This document shows positions 19,272-30,300 of a stretch of 64,000 bases of DNA, piece by piece. Under the pieces are notes generated by a model. The model was given only the letters and a program-made list of their open reading frames with translations. It ran no database searches and had not been told where the DNA came from. Location of the stretch: the NCBI GenBank assembly GCA_965223265.1, contig OZ244999.1:3040001-3104000 (forward strand). Direction: 5' to 3'. The stretch's first letter is position 1. Each line of letters begins with the position of its first letter. This DNA comes from Planctomycetota bacterium. GTDB taxonomy: Bacteria; Planctomycetota; UBA8108; SXIK01. Position numbers and translations under genes: made by a program.

Positions 19272-20875
19272 AACCCGACTCCGGCCATGGAGCCTCCGAC
19301 GAGATTGATGATCTCCTCAATTCCCATTGGCGTCAGGTCGAGTCGAAGCAGACCCTTCTTTTCGGCAGAGGAAAACTTCATCGCCTTCATGACCTCGATC
19401 ATCTTCTGGAACACCGGGAGCGGGATTCGCTGCGCCATCTGTTCCATTTGAGCAATACCCTCTTTCAGCTTGCCATCGAGGAACGTGGTGACGGTCTCCG
19501 CCTGGTCTTGGTCTTCGAATGCTGCTTCCACACGTGCACGGATCTGATCCTCAGCCGGGGTTACCTGAAACTCAGCTTCCTTCATCCCCCTAAATGCGTC
19601 GACAACCTCGGGCGAGGTTTCGCGTTCGAGTTCTCGATGGATCTCGGACGTCAGCTCTTCTCCGGTAAGCGCCAGGCCTCGGATGTGATAGTTTGATCGC
19701 AGCGTGTTGAGGAATTTCGCCATGCGTGCATTCGCAGCGAGAGAGTTCTCTTTTGCTTTGAACGCCTTGATGTATTCCTCGAGCGGAAAGTTCTTCGAAC
19801 CTTCGTCAGGTAGCAGGAGCATGTTGCGCGAATTGAGCGACACCAGGCGAACGTGGTTGCCGGTGTAGACGGGGACCTTCGAGTGCATCTCTCGAGACCA
19901 CGCGCCGTCTTTCTTCATCGCTCGGTCGAATTTATTTCGTTCGAATTTTCCTTGGAAAAGAATTCCCATCCCACCGCCGGAGTCGTCGAGCTCACCAGCA
20001 TTGACGACGAGAATTCGTTCGATTCTGACGTTGCCGTACGTGCGAGTGAACTCCAAGATCCCCGCTTTGGCGGAATCAATCTGGCCGGTGAACATTCCAC
20101 TTTGAGGTCCCTCAGGAAGTTTTTCCGCGACCATCTTTGCCAGACTCGACAGGGTGTGTGTCTTCTTGCCAGGGGCAGCAAGCGGGAGTTTGATCGCGAT
20201 CAAGAGGTTGGTGGATGCTGGAAGGCAGTCGACTGGGCGCAGCTCCCACTTTCTCGCGCGGGTCTTGACCGGTTCGCCGGTGAGTGCGTGAAGCGACGTC
20301 GTCGCGGCGTTCTCTACGAAGACATTCTTGTCATCGACGCTTTCGCGGATCGCCGCTGCCAGCTCCTTGATTCCTTTCTGGGCTGCGGCTCGGATCGCTA
20401 GAATCCGGAGCAGATCGCGATCCTCCTTGTTGCTGGCTTCCTTCGCTTTCAACCCTTTGAGGACGAGCTTCGCCTCCTCAGAGCGTCGTTCGTCGTTCGC
20501 CTCCAGCTCTTCGATGCGCTCGCGTATGGAGGGGCCGATCGCAATCAAAGTTTCTCTCGCCCGTTGACGGGTCTTCTCGCTGCGACTCGCAAGGTTTTGA
20601 ATCGCTCGTTCGATCTGTTGTTGTTCCTCCGCGTCTCCACCATCCGAAGAACTTGTTGAGGTCGTCGCCGCGGTAGGTGGAGGCGCTTCGCCTGCGATGA
20701 GTTTCGCCAGTGTCTCGCGATCGTGGGCCTGCCCCATCTGTTCCAGCGCTTCGACAGGATCGAGAAGGGCCAAGAAGTCACCGGAGAGTTCAGTGTCGGG
20801 GGCTAGCGTCAGAATCAAGAACATCATCGGCCTCATTGCCATCACTGCCATCGTTCGATCCTCCAGTTTCGCCAA
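19268..20875 (-). CDS. Hypothetical protein with HEAT-like helical N-terminal half
   Basis: 535-aa ORF with helical repeats 'IQNLASRSEKTRQRARETLIAIG' and 'VDDKNVFVENAATTSL'. Its stop overlaps the start of the regA ORF. Confidence 0.78.
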   Translation of the reverse strand: MAKLEDRTMAVMAMRPMMFLILTLAPDTELSGDFLALLDPVEALEQMGQAHDRETLAKLIAGEAPPPTAATTSTSSSDGGDAEEQQQIERAIQNLASRSEKTRQRARETLIAIGPSIRERIEELEANDERRSEEAKLVLKGLKAKEASNKEDRDLLRILAIRAAAQKGIKELAAAIRESVDDKNVFVENAATTSLHALTGEPVKTRARKWELRPVDCLPASTNLLIAIKLPLAAPGKKTHTLSSLAKMVAEKLPEGPQSGMFTGQIDSAKAGILEFTRTYGNVRIERILVVNAGELDDSGGGMGILFQGKFERNKFDRAMKKDGAWSREMHSKVPVYTGNHVRLVSLNSRNMLLLPDEGSKNFPLEEYIKAFKAKENSLAANARMAKFLNTLRSNYHIRGLALTGEELTSEIHRELERETSPEVVDAFRGMKEAEFQVTPAEDQIRARVEAAFEDQDQAETVTTFLDGKLKEGIAQMEQMAQRIPLPVFQKMIEVMKAMKFSSAEKKGLLRLDLTPMGIEEIINLVGGSMAGVGF

Positions 20876-21043
20876 ACGAACGGAAACATCTTCAGCCAGA
20901 CTGTTAGCATAGATGGCCGATCACCCTGCGACAACAACTATCAAACGTATCGGCAGCGATCCTTCGGTGTGAAACGCTTGCGTCTGCGTCAACGCCGTCA
21001 AGGCGAGTCGATCTTCTCCTTCAACGGACGTGTATGAGCCGTC

Positions 21044-22417
21044 TCAATTGCTGCTCAGTGGGAGAGCAATCGTAGCGATCGTGCCGGTAGTCGGCACCGA
21101 CTCGAGATTGAGCGTGCCGCCTATACGCTCGATGATCGTGCGCGCGAGAAAGAGTCCAAGTCCCATGCCGCGCCCCGGTTCTTTGGTCGTGAAGAAGGGC
21201 TCCCCCGCACGCGCCAGCGTTGCTGCATCCATGCCGCTTCCTTGATCCCACACTTGAACTTCGAGGACATCGTCTTTCGTTCGCCATCGCACCACGACGT
21301 TCGTGTCGTCGGTGGAGGCGTCGAATGCGTTTTTGACCACGGCGCTCACCGCTCGAACCACGGCACGCGGAGGCACGTACAAGATACACGCTTCGCTGCT
21401 CTCGACTGGGTCGAGGCGGATACGATCTGTGTCGGCGACCGCGGCGATCGCTTGCTCTAGGAGGTCGCGAGGGGTCATCCGTTCAGGCGCCTCCCCGGAG
21501 CTTTGTCCAGCTTCGGCTGACAGCTGTTCAAGGATGGCGCGGCAGCGGTCGACTTCGGCGCGAATCAACTTTGTGTCTTCGACTGCCGGTGTCGACTGAG
21601 CGCCGCCCCCGAGCTCGATTTCGAGATCGCGCGCGACGACGGCAATCGTCGACAGCGGCGAAGCCAACTCATGCGCCGCTCCCGCCGCAAGCGTCGCCAG
21701 CGCCTGCAGTTTCTCTCCTTGGGCTTGGCGGCGCCGTGCCTCGCGCAGGTCAGATTCCAGCCGCGCAAACTCGGTGGAGAGGTGAAGAATGAAGTAGACG
21801 ACGACAACTGCGGCAGTGCCGAATGCGACCATGATCCCTTGCAAATAGAGAAGGCGCGCTGCCGCCTCACCGTCCCCCTCCGGCACCGTCAGTACGGCGA
21901 GTTGGGTCAGGTCGCCAAGAGCCTCCAGTGGCATGTGAAAAAAAAAGAGAAGGACGAAACAGACGAGAGTCAGTGTGCCGAGAACGTAAGCCCAACGGCC
22001 GCGCAGGATGATTGCTGCGAGAGTCAAGTGGACGAGATAGAAGATGGAAAATGGGTTCGACGGGCCGCCTGAGACGTAGAGAAGAGCTGTCAAGAGCAGA
22101 ACGTCGAGCAGCATCACCCACTTGATCACGTTGCGTAGACGTCGAGCGTCTTCCTCATTGCGACGACGCTCGCGGCGCGACCAAACGACGAGGCCGACAT
22201 TGGTGGCGGCAGCGACAGCGATGATTGAAATCAGCGCAGCGAGCGGCAGGGCGACCCCGAAGACGGTCGCGACGATGTACACGGTGACCAACTGACCGGA
22301 GACCGCAGCCCAGCGCAGACGGAGAAGCCAAGACATATTCACGAGGCTGCGGCCTATGAGCGACGGCGCGCTTGGAGGACGGTCAGCGTCGGGGAGATCT
22401 GGCGTCGGCGGGACCAT
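21044..22417 (-). CDS. regB: RegB/PrrB family redox-sensing histidine kinase
   Basis: 'WLLRLRW', quinone-binding GGPSNPF, H-box AAHELASPL, Cys in EVDRCRAIL, and N/G boxes (DQGSGM, EPFFTTK, GMGLGL). Start placed at ATG 22417. Confidence 0.9.
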   Translation of the reverse strand: MVPPTPDLPDADRPPSAPSLIGRSLVNMSWLLRLRWAAVSGQLVTVYIVATVFGVALPLAALISIIAVAAATNVGLVVWSRRERRRNEEDARRLRNVIKWVMLLDVLLLTALLYVSGGPSNPFSIFYLVHLTLAAIILRGRWAYVLGTLTLVCFVLLFFFHMPLEALGDLTQLAVLTVPEGDGEAAARLLYLQGIMVAFGTAAVVVVYFILHLSTEFARLESDLREARRRQAQGEKLQALATLAAGAAHELASPLSTIAVVARDLEIELGGGAQSTPAVEDTKLIRAEVDRCRAILEQLSAEAGQSSGEAPERMTPRDLLEQAIAAVADTDRIRLDPVESSEACILYVPPRAVVRAVSAVVKNAFDASTDDTNVVVRWRTKDDVLEVQVWDQGSGMDAATLARAGEPFFTTKEPGRGMGLGLFLARTIIERIGGTLNLESVPTTGTIATIALPLSSN

Positions 22418-22639
22418 GTGGCGAGTGTAACCGCGTTGGTTGGCTGGGGTAACAGAGGGGTGGGAGAAACTTAGCCTCGAGGGCAGGTCTTGGCGTTGGT
22501 CGTGGCCTGGGAACAGACACGAGTTCAATCTGGACGTCTCGAGCTGTGCGCCACACCCTCAAACGGGCGCAACCTTTGAGTTGCCGTGGGGTTGAAATTC
22601 TATAAAGCCGTTCAAACGGCGTCGAGTTGACGCGACAAT

Positions 22640-22655
22640 TGTGAGCGGAATCACG
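22640..22655. promoter_or_regulatory. CRP/FNR-family-like palindromic site TGTGA-N6-TCACG
   Basis: tgtgagcggaatcacg lies in the divergent regB/DUF1549 intergenic region. Confidence 0.3.
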
Positions 22656-22671
22656 GCAATGATCCTCGGTA

Positions 22672-24564
22672 GTGGCGGTGCTCATGATCTTGAACCGACG
22701 GCGGTTTGCTCACGGTAGCTGGATGCGAGCGGCAGCGCTGATTGCGCTTTGGCTTCTCACGCCGTGCGAAGATGCACGCGGGGAAGATCTTCTGTCGCCG
22801 ACTGATGCCGCCCGCCAGATCGATCTCTTGCTTGCGGAGCACGACCCCGCGCTAGCCGCGTCGATCCGGCGCACCGACGATGCGACGTTCTTGCGCCGCG
22901 TCCGTTTGAAGTTGACGCATGAACTCCCCGGGACAGACGAGCTCATGCTATTCGCGCTCGACACGCTCCCCGATAAACGTGAGCGTTGGGTCGATCGCAT
23001 TCTGTCTTCAAGCGAGGCCGCCGCAGCGTGGGCGAGATCGTGGCGAGATGTCGTGTTTTCCAGAAGTCAGGATCCCCGTGCGCGATTCGCGGCGCCGGTC
23101 TTCGAAGCGTGGCTAAGCGCTCAGTTTGCCAGCGAAGCAGGATGGGATGAGGTGGCAAGTGCCATGATCACCGCCACGGGGGACGTGAGGCGAAACGGGG
23201 CGACGGCGCTTTTTCTCGCACAATCGGCAGAGGCGACCGAGGTCGCGTCAGAGACGGCGCGAATTTTTTTAGGCGTTCAGCTTCGCTGCGCCGAATGCCA
23301 TGACCATCCCTACGACCAATGGCGCCGCCAACAGTTTCATGAGCTCGCCGCATTCTTTCCACGGGTGCGCATTGAGCGCAAGCGGTCGGCTATCGAACGT
23401 ACATTCGAGGTCGTCCCTTTCGACCGTGAAGGCGGCCTTGCTATCGCGCTTCTCGACGATCCGATCGATTTTTTTCGACGCCATGACGCGAACTCCGACG
23501 AGATTCTCGATCGACGCGAGCTGCCCCCTCAGCTACGACCTCGTCTCGGACGCCTTCTCCGCCTTGCCGACGCCAACGGCGATGGCCGATTGGCGTTGAC
23601 CGAAGTGCAAAACGCCCGCCTGCCACGCGGCCGACGCTTCGCCGAGCATTTTATGCCTGACCTGGAGAATCCTGAGGCACTTGGCACCTTGATGCAGCCG
23701 AAGTTTTTTCTCACCGGTGCTCAACTCGAACCGGGTGCGCCGGATTCGGAGCGCCGGCAGGCGCTCGCCGACCACATAACGGCTCGTGAAAACCCTTGGT
23801 TCGCGAAGGCTTTTGTCAATCGTACGTGGGCTTACATGGTGGGGGTCGGCTTTGGGTCGCCTGTTGATGACTTGGGTCCGACGCGTCCGACGCAGGCTGC
23901 CGAAGCGTGGGAGTTTGTCGCCGAGCAGTTCCGGGTCAGCGGTCACGATCCGAGTTGGCTTTTGGCGACCATCGCAGCAACACAAGCGTTTCAAGCTCAC
24001 AGTCTCGAGGCCCGCGATGTTGACGCGGCGACGGATGCGGCGCTATCGCCAGGTCGTTTTCAGATCACCCGTTTGACCGCACACGAGTTGATTGGCGCCG
24101 TTGAGGATGCTTTCGGTAGGCAATTGAGCGAGTTGGCGTCACTGGGCCAGCGGCGTCGAGCGCCGCAGCGTCGCGCGCTCGCGGCGCGCGAAGTGTTCGA
24201 GCAAACGTTCGGCTTTGATCCTTCGATGCCAATGGACGAAGTCAACAGTACGGTGCCCCAATCGCTTCTGCTCTTGAACTCACCACTCGTGGAAAAGGCG
24301 GTGCAGCTGGTTGTCGCAGAGACTCTCGAGGCTGCCGCTGTCGATCTGGCGGAGCTCTCAGCTAACGACGATGAAGCGTCGCCACCCGGTGGATTCTCCG
24401 TCGCCGTCTCAGACCTCTACATGCGCGCTCTGGCCCGCGGGCCATCCGCTCGCGAAGAACAGGTTGTCGTGGGCTATCTGAACGGGAGCGATGACGTGCA
24501 GGAAGCACTCGAGGATCTCTTCTGGAGCCTGCTCAATTCCACCGAGTTCTTGCATCACCGATGA
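22672..24564 (+). CDS. Planctomycete DUF1549/DUF1553 (PSCyt2/PSD1) protein with EF-hand insert
   Basis: 'DDATFLRRV.L.L', 'FLGVQLRCAECHDHP' and 'NPWFAKAFVNRTW', ending 'EDLFWSLLNSTEF'. EF-hand loops DANSDEILD and DANGDGRL. Confidence 0.9.
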   Translation: MAVLMILNRRRFAHGSWMRAAALIALWLLTPCEDARGEDLLSPTDAARQIDLLLAEHDPALAASIRRTDDATFLRRVRLKLTHELPGTDELMLFALDTLPDKRERWVDRILSSSEAAAAWARSWRDVVFSRSQDPRARFAAPVFEAWLSAQFASEAGWDEVASAMITATGDVRRNGATALFLAQSAEATEVASETARIFLGVQLRCAECHDHPYDQWRRQQFHELAAFFPRVRIERKRSAIERTFEVVPFDREGGLAIALLDDPIDFFRRHDANSDEILDRRELPPQLRPRLGRLLRLADANGDGRLALTEVQNARLPRGRRFAEHFMPDLENPEALGTLMQPKFFLTGAQLEPGAPDSERRQALADHITARENPWFAKAFVNRTWAYMVGVGFGSPVDDLGPTRPTQAAEAWEFVAEQFRVSGHDPSWLLATIAATQAFQAHSLEARDVDAATDAALSPGRFQITRLTAHELIGAVEDAFGRQLSELASLGQRRRAPQRRALAAREVFEQTFGFDPSMPMDEVNSTVPQSLLLLNSPLVEKAVQLVVAETLEAAAVDLAELSANDDEASPPGGFSVAVSDLYMRALARGPSAREEQVVVGYLNGSDDVQEALEDLFWSLLNSTEFLHHR

Positions 24565-24639
24565 AAGTGACTGCCGCCGACGCCAACCGCGACGGTTCTC
24601 TAGCAGCGTTGGGGACAACCGAAAAAACCGGAGAAGACC

Positions 24640-25944
24640 ATGTCTGACGCGAAGGCCCGACGTTCCACTACCGTCCCCGCGAATTCTCCCTTGGCACGAT
24701 TCGTTCGGCGTCGCGACTTCCTCCGACTTGGCGCCGGCGCTGCATGCGGACTTGGCTTCGCTCAGATGGTACGAGGTGCCGCTGAGGACATGCGGCGTCA
24801 GGGGAAAGCCTGCATCCTCCTGTGGATGCAAGGAGGCCCGAGCCAACTCGAGACCTTCGACCCGAAGCCGGAGCACGAGTCCGGTGGTCCGACCCGCGCG
24901 ATTTCGACGAACGTCGCCGGCATCCGCTTCGCTGAGCATCTTCCTCAGCTCGCTCAAGTGACAGAGCACGTCGCGATCATCCGTTCGATGACAAATCGCG
25001 AAGGAAATCACCAGCGGGCGACCTACCAGCTCCACACCGGTTACTTGCCGTCGAGTGGCGTTGATTATCCGAGTCTTGGGGCCGTGACCGCGGACCGTCT
25101 CGGCGCCGAGCGCGCCGAGTTGCCGCCCTACATCACGGTCGGCTCCTTGGGGCCGGGCAGTTCGATCGGCGGCGGCTTTCTCGGGGTGAAGTACGACCCA
25201 CTTCTCGTCAGGCAGGCAGGGCAATTGCCGGAGAATGCTCGAGTCGGCGTCGACGATGGGCGCTACGAGCGGCGCTTGGGGCTGCTCGCGCGGCTTGACG
25301 ATGAATTCGCAGCCCAAGGCGCTGAGCGTGCTGTTACCGCGCATCGTGACGTCTACAACAGCGCGACGCGATTGGCGCGGAGCGAACAGACCGTAGCGTT
25401 TGAAGTCTCGCGTGAGCCGGAGCAGGTGCGCGAAGCTTACGGCGACACCGAGTTTGGCCGTGGCTGTCTGCTGGCGCGTCGGCTGATTGAGGTCGGCGTG
25501 CCCTTCGTCGAGGTGCGACTGCGAGGCTGGGACACGCATCAGGACAATTTTGAACGTGTGGGTCGTTTGGCGCCCGCCGTCGATCAAGGGTTCGCTCAGC
25601 TCTTACGCGACCTTCATGTGCGCGGACGACTTGAGAAGACGCTGGTGCTTTGGATGGGCGAGTTCGGGCGCACACCGAGGATCAATCCGCGCTCGGGACG
25701 TGACCACTTTCCGCGCGCCTTCAGTGTCGCGATGGCTGGTGGCGGCGTTCGAGGCGGGCAGGTGATCGGCGCAACCAGCAGCGATGGCATGGAGATCAAA
25801 GATCGACCTGTGACGGTTCCTGATCTTTTCTGCTCCGTCTGCCATAGCCTGGGGATTGATCCACGTCATGAGAATCAAGGCACACTGGGGCGCCCGATCC
25901 GCATCGTCGACGGCGGTGAGGTGGTGCGCGAGCTTTTCGCCTGA
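24640..25944 (+). CDS. DUF1501 protein (Tat-exported)
   Basis: 'RRRDFL' Tat motif, 'LWMQGGPSQLETFDPKP', 'GWDTH', 'GEFGRTP..GRDH'. Confidence 0.93.
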   Translation: MSDAKARRSTTVPANSPLARFVRRRDFLRLGAGAACGLGFAQMVRGAAEDMRRQGKACILLWMQGGPSQLETFDPKPEHESGGPTRAISTNVAGIRFAEHLPQLAQVTEHVAIIRSMTNREGNHQRATYQLHTGYLPSSGVDYPSLGAVTADRLGAERAELPPYITVGSLGPGSSIGGGFLGVKYDPLLVRQAGQLPENARVGVDDGRYERRLGLLARLDDEFAAQGAERAVTAHRDVYNSATRLARSEQTVAFEVSREPEQVREAYGDTEFGRGCLLARRLIEVGVPFVEVRLRGWDTHQDNFERVGRLAPAVDQGFAQLLRDLHVRGRLEKTLVLWMGEFGRTPRINPRSGRDHFPRAFSVAMAGGGVRGGQVIGATSSDGMEIKDRPVTVPDLFCSVCHSLGIDPRHENQGTLGRPIRIVDGGEVVRELFA

Positions 25945-26066
25945 CGCCGCGCTCAGCCATCTTGTGGTGGCGGCAACTTCGGTGAGTGAGTCACGAGGAT
26001 CGCTGCTGCCAACCGCCGCGTAACCGAATTCAAAGAATATTCGACCCGGAACGTGAGGATACCGCT

Positions 26067-27164
26067 ATGAAGCTTTTTTACACTCTGTTCGTTCTGCCAC
26101 CTTTGCTTCTGTTTGTCAGCCGAGGTGTTTCTCTTGCGGGAGATGACAACGAGACGGGCCAAGACGCTGCTGCGCCTTCTGAGCGCGGGGCGGAGATCTT
26201 TCAGCAGCTCGATCGAAATGGCGACGGAGAAGTGGCTCTGGACGAGGTGGACGAGCCTCGGCAGAAGTTCTTTGCTCGTTTACTCAAAGGCGGTGATGCC
26301 GACGCCAACGGCAAGTTGAACCTCGAAGAATTTCGTACAGCCCTCGCGACCTTGCCGCGCGGTGCCCCCAGAGCTCTCCGTGGCAGCGACCGTGCGCGCG
26401 GTGATCGCCCTCGGCCGAGACAGATTTTTCGCCGCTTTGATAAGAATCGAGACGATCGTATCACCCGCGACGAGCTGCCACCGCGGGCGCGTGCCCGGTT
26501 CGACGAGTGGCTGAAGCGTGGCGATCAGGACGGAGACGGAGCGCTGACCCTGCAGGAGGTGGCGCGCGCCCTGCGAACGGATCGAGCGCCGGCGAGCGAC
26601 CGCCCGCCGACCGACGCGGCCCCCGGGGCGATCCTTTTTGCGCTCTTGGACGGCAATCATGACGGCACCCTCACGAAGAAGGAATTGAAGCGCGCCCCGA
26701 AGTTGATTCACCGTTTTGACCTCGATGGAGACGGGGCGCTGTCGGCGCGGGAGCTTCAGCAGGCTCGGTCTCGGGGCGATCGAGCCCCGGGGCGCCGGCC
26801 CGGCATGGTGATTCGGCGACTTGACACCGACGGTGATGGAAGGATTTCACGCGAGGAGGCGAAAGGGCCCCTGAAACAGCGTTTCGACGCCATCGACCGT
26901 AACGGTGACGGCTTCCTTGGGAGGGGCGAATTGAGGCAAGCCTGGCAGGACCGCCAGAGCGCGAAAGCAGAAAAGGGTAAGAAGGGCAAGAAGGGAAAGA
27001 AGGGCCGCAAAGGGAGAAAAGGCAAGAAGGGTAAGAAGGGCAAGAAAGGAAAGCGCGGCGGGGATGAAGCTGCGTCGAGCGACAACGGGGCTGAGACTGA
27101 CGAGCGTCGCTCTGACGTGGAGATCGACGTCTCGGGGAACTCCGCCAAGGTGCGAGAGTTTTAA
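26067..27164 (+). CDS. Secreted multi-EF-hand protein with (KKG)n basic tail
   Basis: Signal peptide from ATG 26067, eight DxxxDG/D-type EF loops and the C-terminal tract KGKKGKKGKKGRKGRKGKKG. Confidence 0.85.
   Translation: MKLFYTLFVLPPLLLFVSRGVSLAGDDNETGQDAAAPSERGAEIFQQLDRNGDGEVALDEVDEPRQKFFARLLKGGDADANGKLNLEEFRTALATLPRGAPRALRGSDRARGDRPRPRQIFRRFDKNRDDRITRDELPPRARARFDEWLKRGDQDGDGALTLQEVARALRTDRAPASDRPPTDAAPGAILFALLDGNHDGTLTKKELKRAPKLIHRFDLDGDGALSARELQQARSRGDRAPGRRPGMVIRRLDTDGDGRISREEAKGPLKQRFDAIDRNGDGFLGRGELRQAWQDRQSAKAEKGKKGKKGKKGRKGRKGKKGKKGKKGKRGGDEAASSDNGAETDERRSDVEIDVSGNSAKVREF
26972..27060 (+). repeat. 9-bp coding repeat encoding (K/R)KG, about 9 copies
   Basis: aagaagggt/aagaagggc/aagaaggga units. 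Confidence 0.85.
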
Positions 27165-27184
27165 CCTCCGTCATGGGAAAAGGC

Positions 27185-27193
27185 TGCTAAGAT
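27185..27193 (+). promoter_or_regulatory. Candidate extended -10 promoter for leuS
   Basis: TG-C-TAAGAT about 130 bp upstream of the leuS ATG. Confidence 0.35.
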
Positions 27194-27319
27194 AGGCCCC
27201 TTTATGTTCGCGCCGTCGAGTGCCGAAGAAGTCAGTATCGGCATCGTCGACTCGGTCGCGCCGAGCACAACCTCTCGTTGGACCCTATCTAAGAGCGCCC
27301 TCGCGCAGAGTTGCAACCC

Positions 27320-30300
27320 ATGGCGAATGAAAAGGAAGCGGTCGGTACGCACCGCTACGGCGCGGACCTCGCGAACCGCGTCGAACGCAAGTGGCAGGTC
27401 TACTGGGAAGAACATCAGACGTTTCATGTCGGCAATCCGGGTGATCCGGGCTTCGATCCCCAGAAACCGAAGAAGTTCATCATGGATATGTTTCCCTACC
27501 CCTCTGGGGTCGGGCTACATGTCGGGCATCCGCTGGGATACATCGCGACGGATATCTACGCGCGCTACTTGCGTATGACGGGGCACAACGTCTTGCACCC
27601 GATGGGATTCGACGCCTTCGGGCTGCCGGCAGAACAGTTTGCGATTGAAACAGGGCAGCACCCGCGTGTGACGACCGAGAAGAACATCGCGACGATGCGA
27701 GAGCAGATGACACGTCTTGGACTGGGTCATGACCCGCAGCGCTTCATCGCGACGATCGACAGAGAGTTCTACGGCTGGACACAGTGGATATTCTTGCAGA
27801 TCTATTCGTCTTGGTTCGATCCCGAGTCGAAGAAGGCACGGCCGATCGCCGAGCTGATCAGCGAGCTCGAGGCTGGCACGCGTCCGCCGGTGGACGCTGA
27901 GGCCAATCCCGAGGCGCGGTCGTGGGGTGAGCTGGACGCCGCGACACAAACTCGCATCGTCGACAATCAGCGCCTGGCCTACCTGGCGGAGGTGCCGGTG
28001 AACTGGTGTCCCAGCTTGGGGACGGTACTGGCGAATGAAGAAGTCACGGCGGAGGGGCGCAGTGAGCGTGGGAACTTTCCCGTCTTCAAGCGTCCCCTGA
28101 AGCAGTGGATGATGAGGATCACCGCTTACTGCGATCGACTGCTCGAGGACTTGGAGCCACTCGACTGGCCTGAACCGATCAAAATCATGCAGCGCAACTG
28201 GATCGGTCGCAGTGAAGGAGCTGAGGTCGACTTCTATGCCGGCAGATTGGAGAACGAGGACGCGTGGTTCGGTGCTCGGCAAATGGACGGTTGGCCTTTA
28301 CGAGTGGCCGATGGCGAACCGACGATCCGCGTCTTCACGACCCGTCCGGACACGCTCTACGGCGCCACTTACATGGTGCTGGCACCGGAGCATCCCTTGG
28401 TGGACGAGCTAGTCGCGCAAGCGTGGCCCGACGGTAGCGACCCGCGGTGGCGTGGCCAATTTCCGGGTGTACCCGGAGGTGACGCCTCCCCGCGTGACTA
28501 CGTCGCAGCCTACCGAGCTTATGCGGCGTCGCGTTCGGACATCGAGCGGCAAGTGGAAGCGAAGGAGAAGACCGGCGTCTTCATCGGCGCCTTCGCTATC
28601 AACCCGGTCAATCGTCAGCCGATCCCCGTATTCATCGCCGACTACGTCCTCATGGGCTATGGTACCGGCGCCATCATGGCGGTGCCGGCTCACGACGAAC
28701 GCGATTTCGAATTTGCGACGCAGTTCGGTCTCGACATACCGGTTGTCGTTATGCCGCCGGAGTCGTGGCTACGAGAGCAGATCGGGTCACAACTCCGAGC
28801 TGCTGGCATCGAGAGTCCGAGCAGCGAAGATTTGGAGGGTGCTTACCAACACGCCGGGGAAAGCTCGCATCCGCTGGGGTGCCATTGTCGGCGATTAGCC
28901 GCTTTTGCCGGCAGCGGACGATCCGTTGCGTCTGCAGCGATCGAAGGGCGCGAAACTGCGGACGCGAAACGCCGAATCACTCGCTGGCTGAGCGAGCGAG
29001 GAGTCGGCGAGGGTACGGTGAACTATCGTCTGCGCGACTGGTTGTTCAGCCGCCAGCGCTACTGGGGTGAGCCGTTTCCCGTGCTCCACGGAGCTGACGG
29101 CGAAGTCGTTCCTCTGGGCACTGACGAGCTGCCTCTCGAGCTCCCAGCGATGGATGATTTCAGCCCGGAGATCAACGACGATCTCGACTCTGAGCCGAGC
29201 CCACCGCTCGGGCGCGCTCGAGAGTGGGCGGGCGTCGAGCGTGACGGCAAGGTGATGACGCGCGAGCTCAACACGATGCCCAACTGGGCCGGGTCATGCT
29301 GGTACTACCTGCGCTATTTAGATCCTCACAACAGTGCCGCACTCGTCGATCCGAAGGTCGAGAAGTACTGGATGGGCACCGCCTCAGGCGACGGCGAAAA
29401 AGCCATCGGCGGTGTCGATCTCTACGTCGGCGGCGCAGAACATGCCGTGCTGCATCTACTCTACTCGCGCTTCTGGCACAAGATTCTCTTTGATCTTGGC
29501 CACGTCTCGACGCCCGAGCCGTTTCAGCGCCTGTTCAACCAAGGCTACGTGCAAGCTGCGGCCTACAAGGATGACCGCGAAGTCTATTTCGAGGCGTCTC
29601 GAGTCGTCGAAAAAGACGGAGAGTTTTTTTTCGACGGACATCGAGTCAAACGCGAGTTCGGCAAGATGGGGAAGAGCCTGAAAAACGCTGTCACTCCTGA
29701 TGAAATCTGCAGCGAGTACGGCGCCGACACGCTTCGTCTCTACGAGATGTACATGGGACCCCTTGAAGCCTCAAAACCGTGGAACACACGAGATATCATC
29801 GGTGCCCATCGATTTCTTCAAAGGCTGTGGCGAAACCTCGTCGACGAGGATTCTGGGACGCTCCGAGTGAGCGACGCGCCGCCGAGTGATGCGCTGCGAA
29901 AGCTGCTGCACCAGACAATCGCCGGCGTTGAGCACGATATGCGCAGCCTGGGTTTCAACACCGCGATCGCTAAGCTGATCGAGCTCAACAACGCACTGGT
30001 GGCGCTGGACAGCGTGCCGCGCGAAGTTGCCGCGTCTCTGGTGAAGATGCTAGCGCCGCTGGCGCCTCACATCGCTGAAGAGCTCTGGGAGCGCCTAGGA
30101 CATGTCTCCTCCGTTGCCTACGAGCCTTTTCCCGAGCATGATCCAAATCTCTTGAGGGAAGACGAGATTGAGATTCCCGTCATGGTCAACGGGAAGGTGC
30201 GTGCGAAGGTGAACATCGCCGCTGGAGTCGATCGTCAGGCGCAAGAGACGGCAGCTCGGGCGAACGAGAAGATTCAATCGTTCATCGCCGACAAGACGGT

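Noticed and set aside
22637-22649. Vector lac operator contamination
   Set aside because: Only 13 nt match. The second half and the flanks are not vector-like.
27215-27265. T-box or attenuator upstream of leuS
   Set aside because: Small hairpins exist, but there is no T-box consensus, U-tract terminator or Leu-rich leader peptide.
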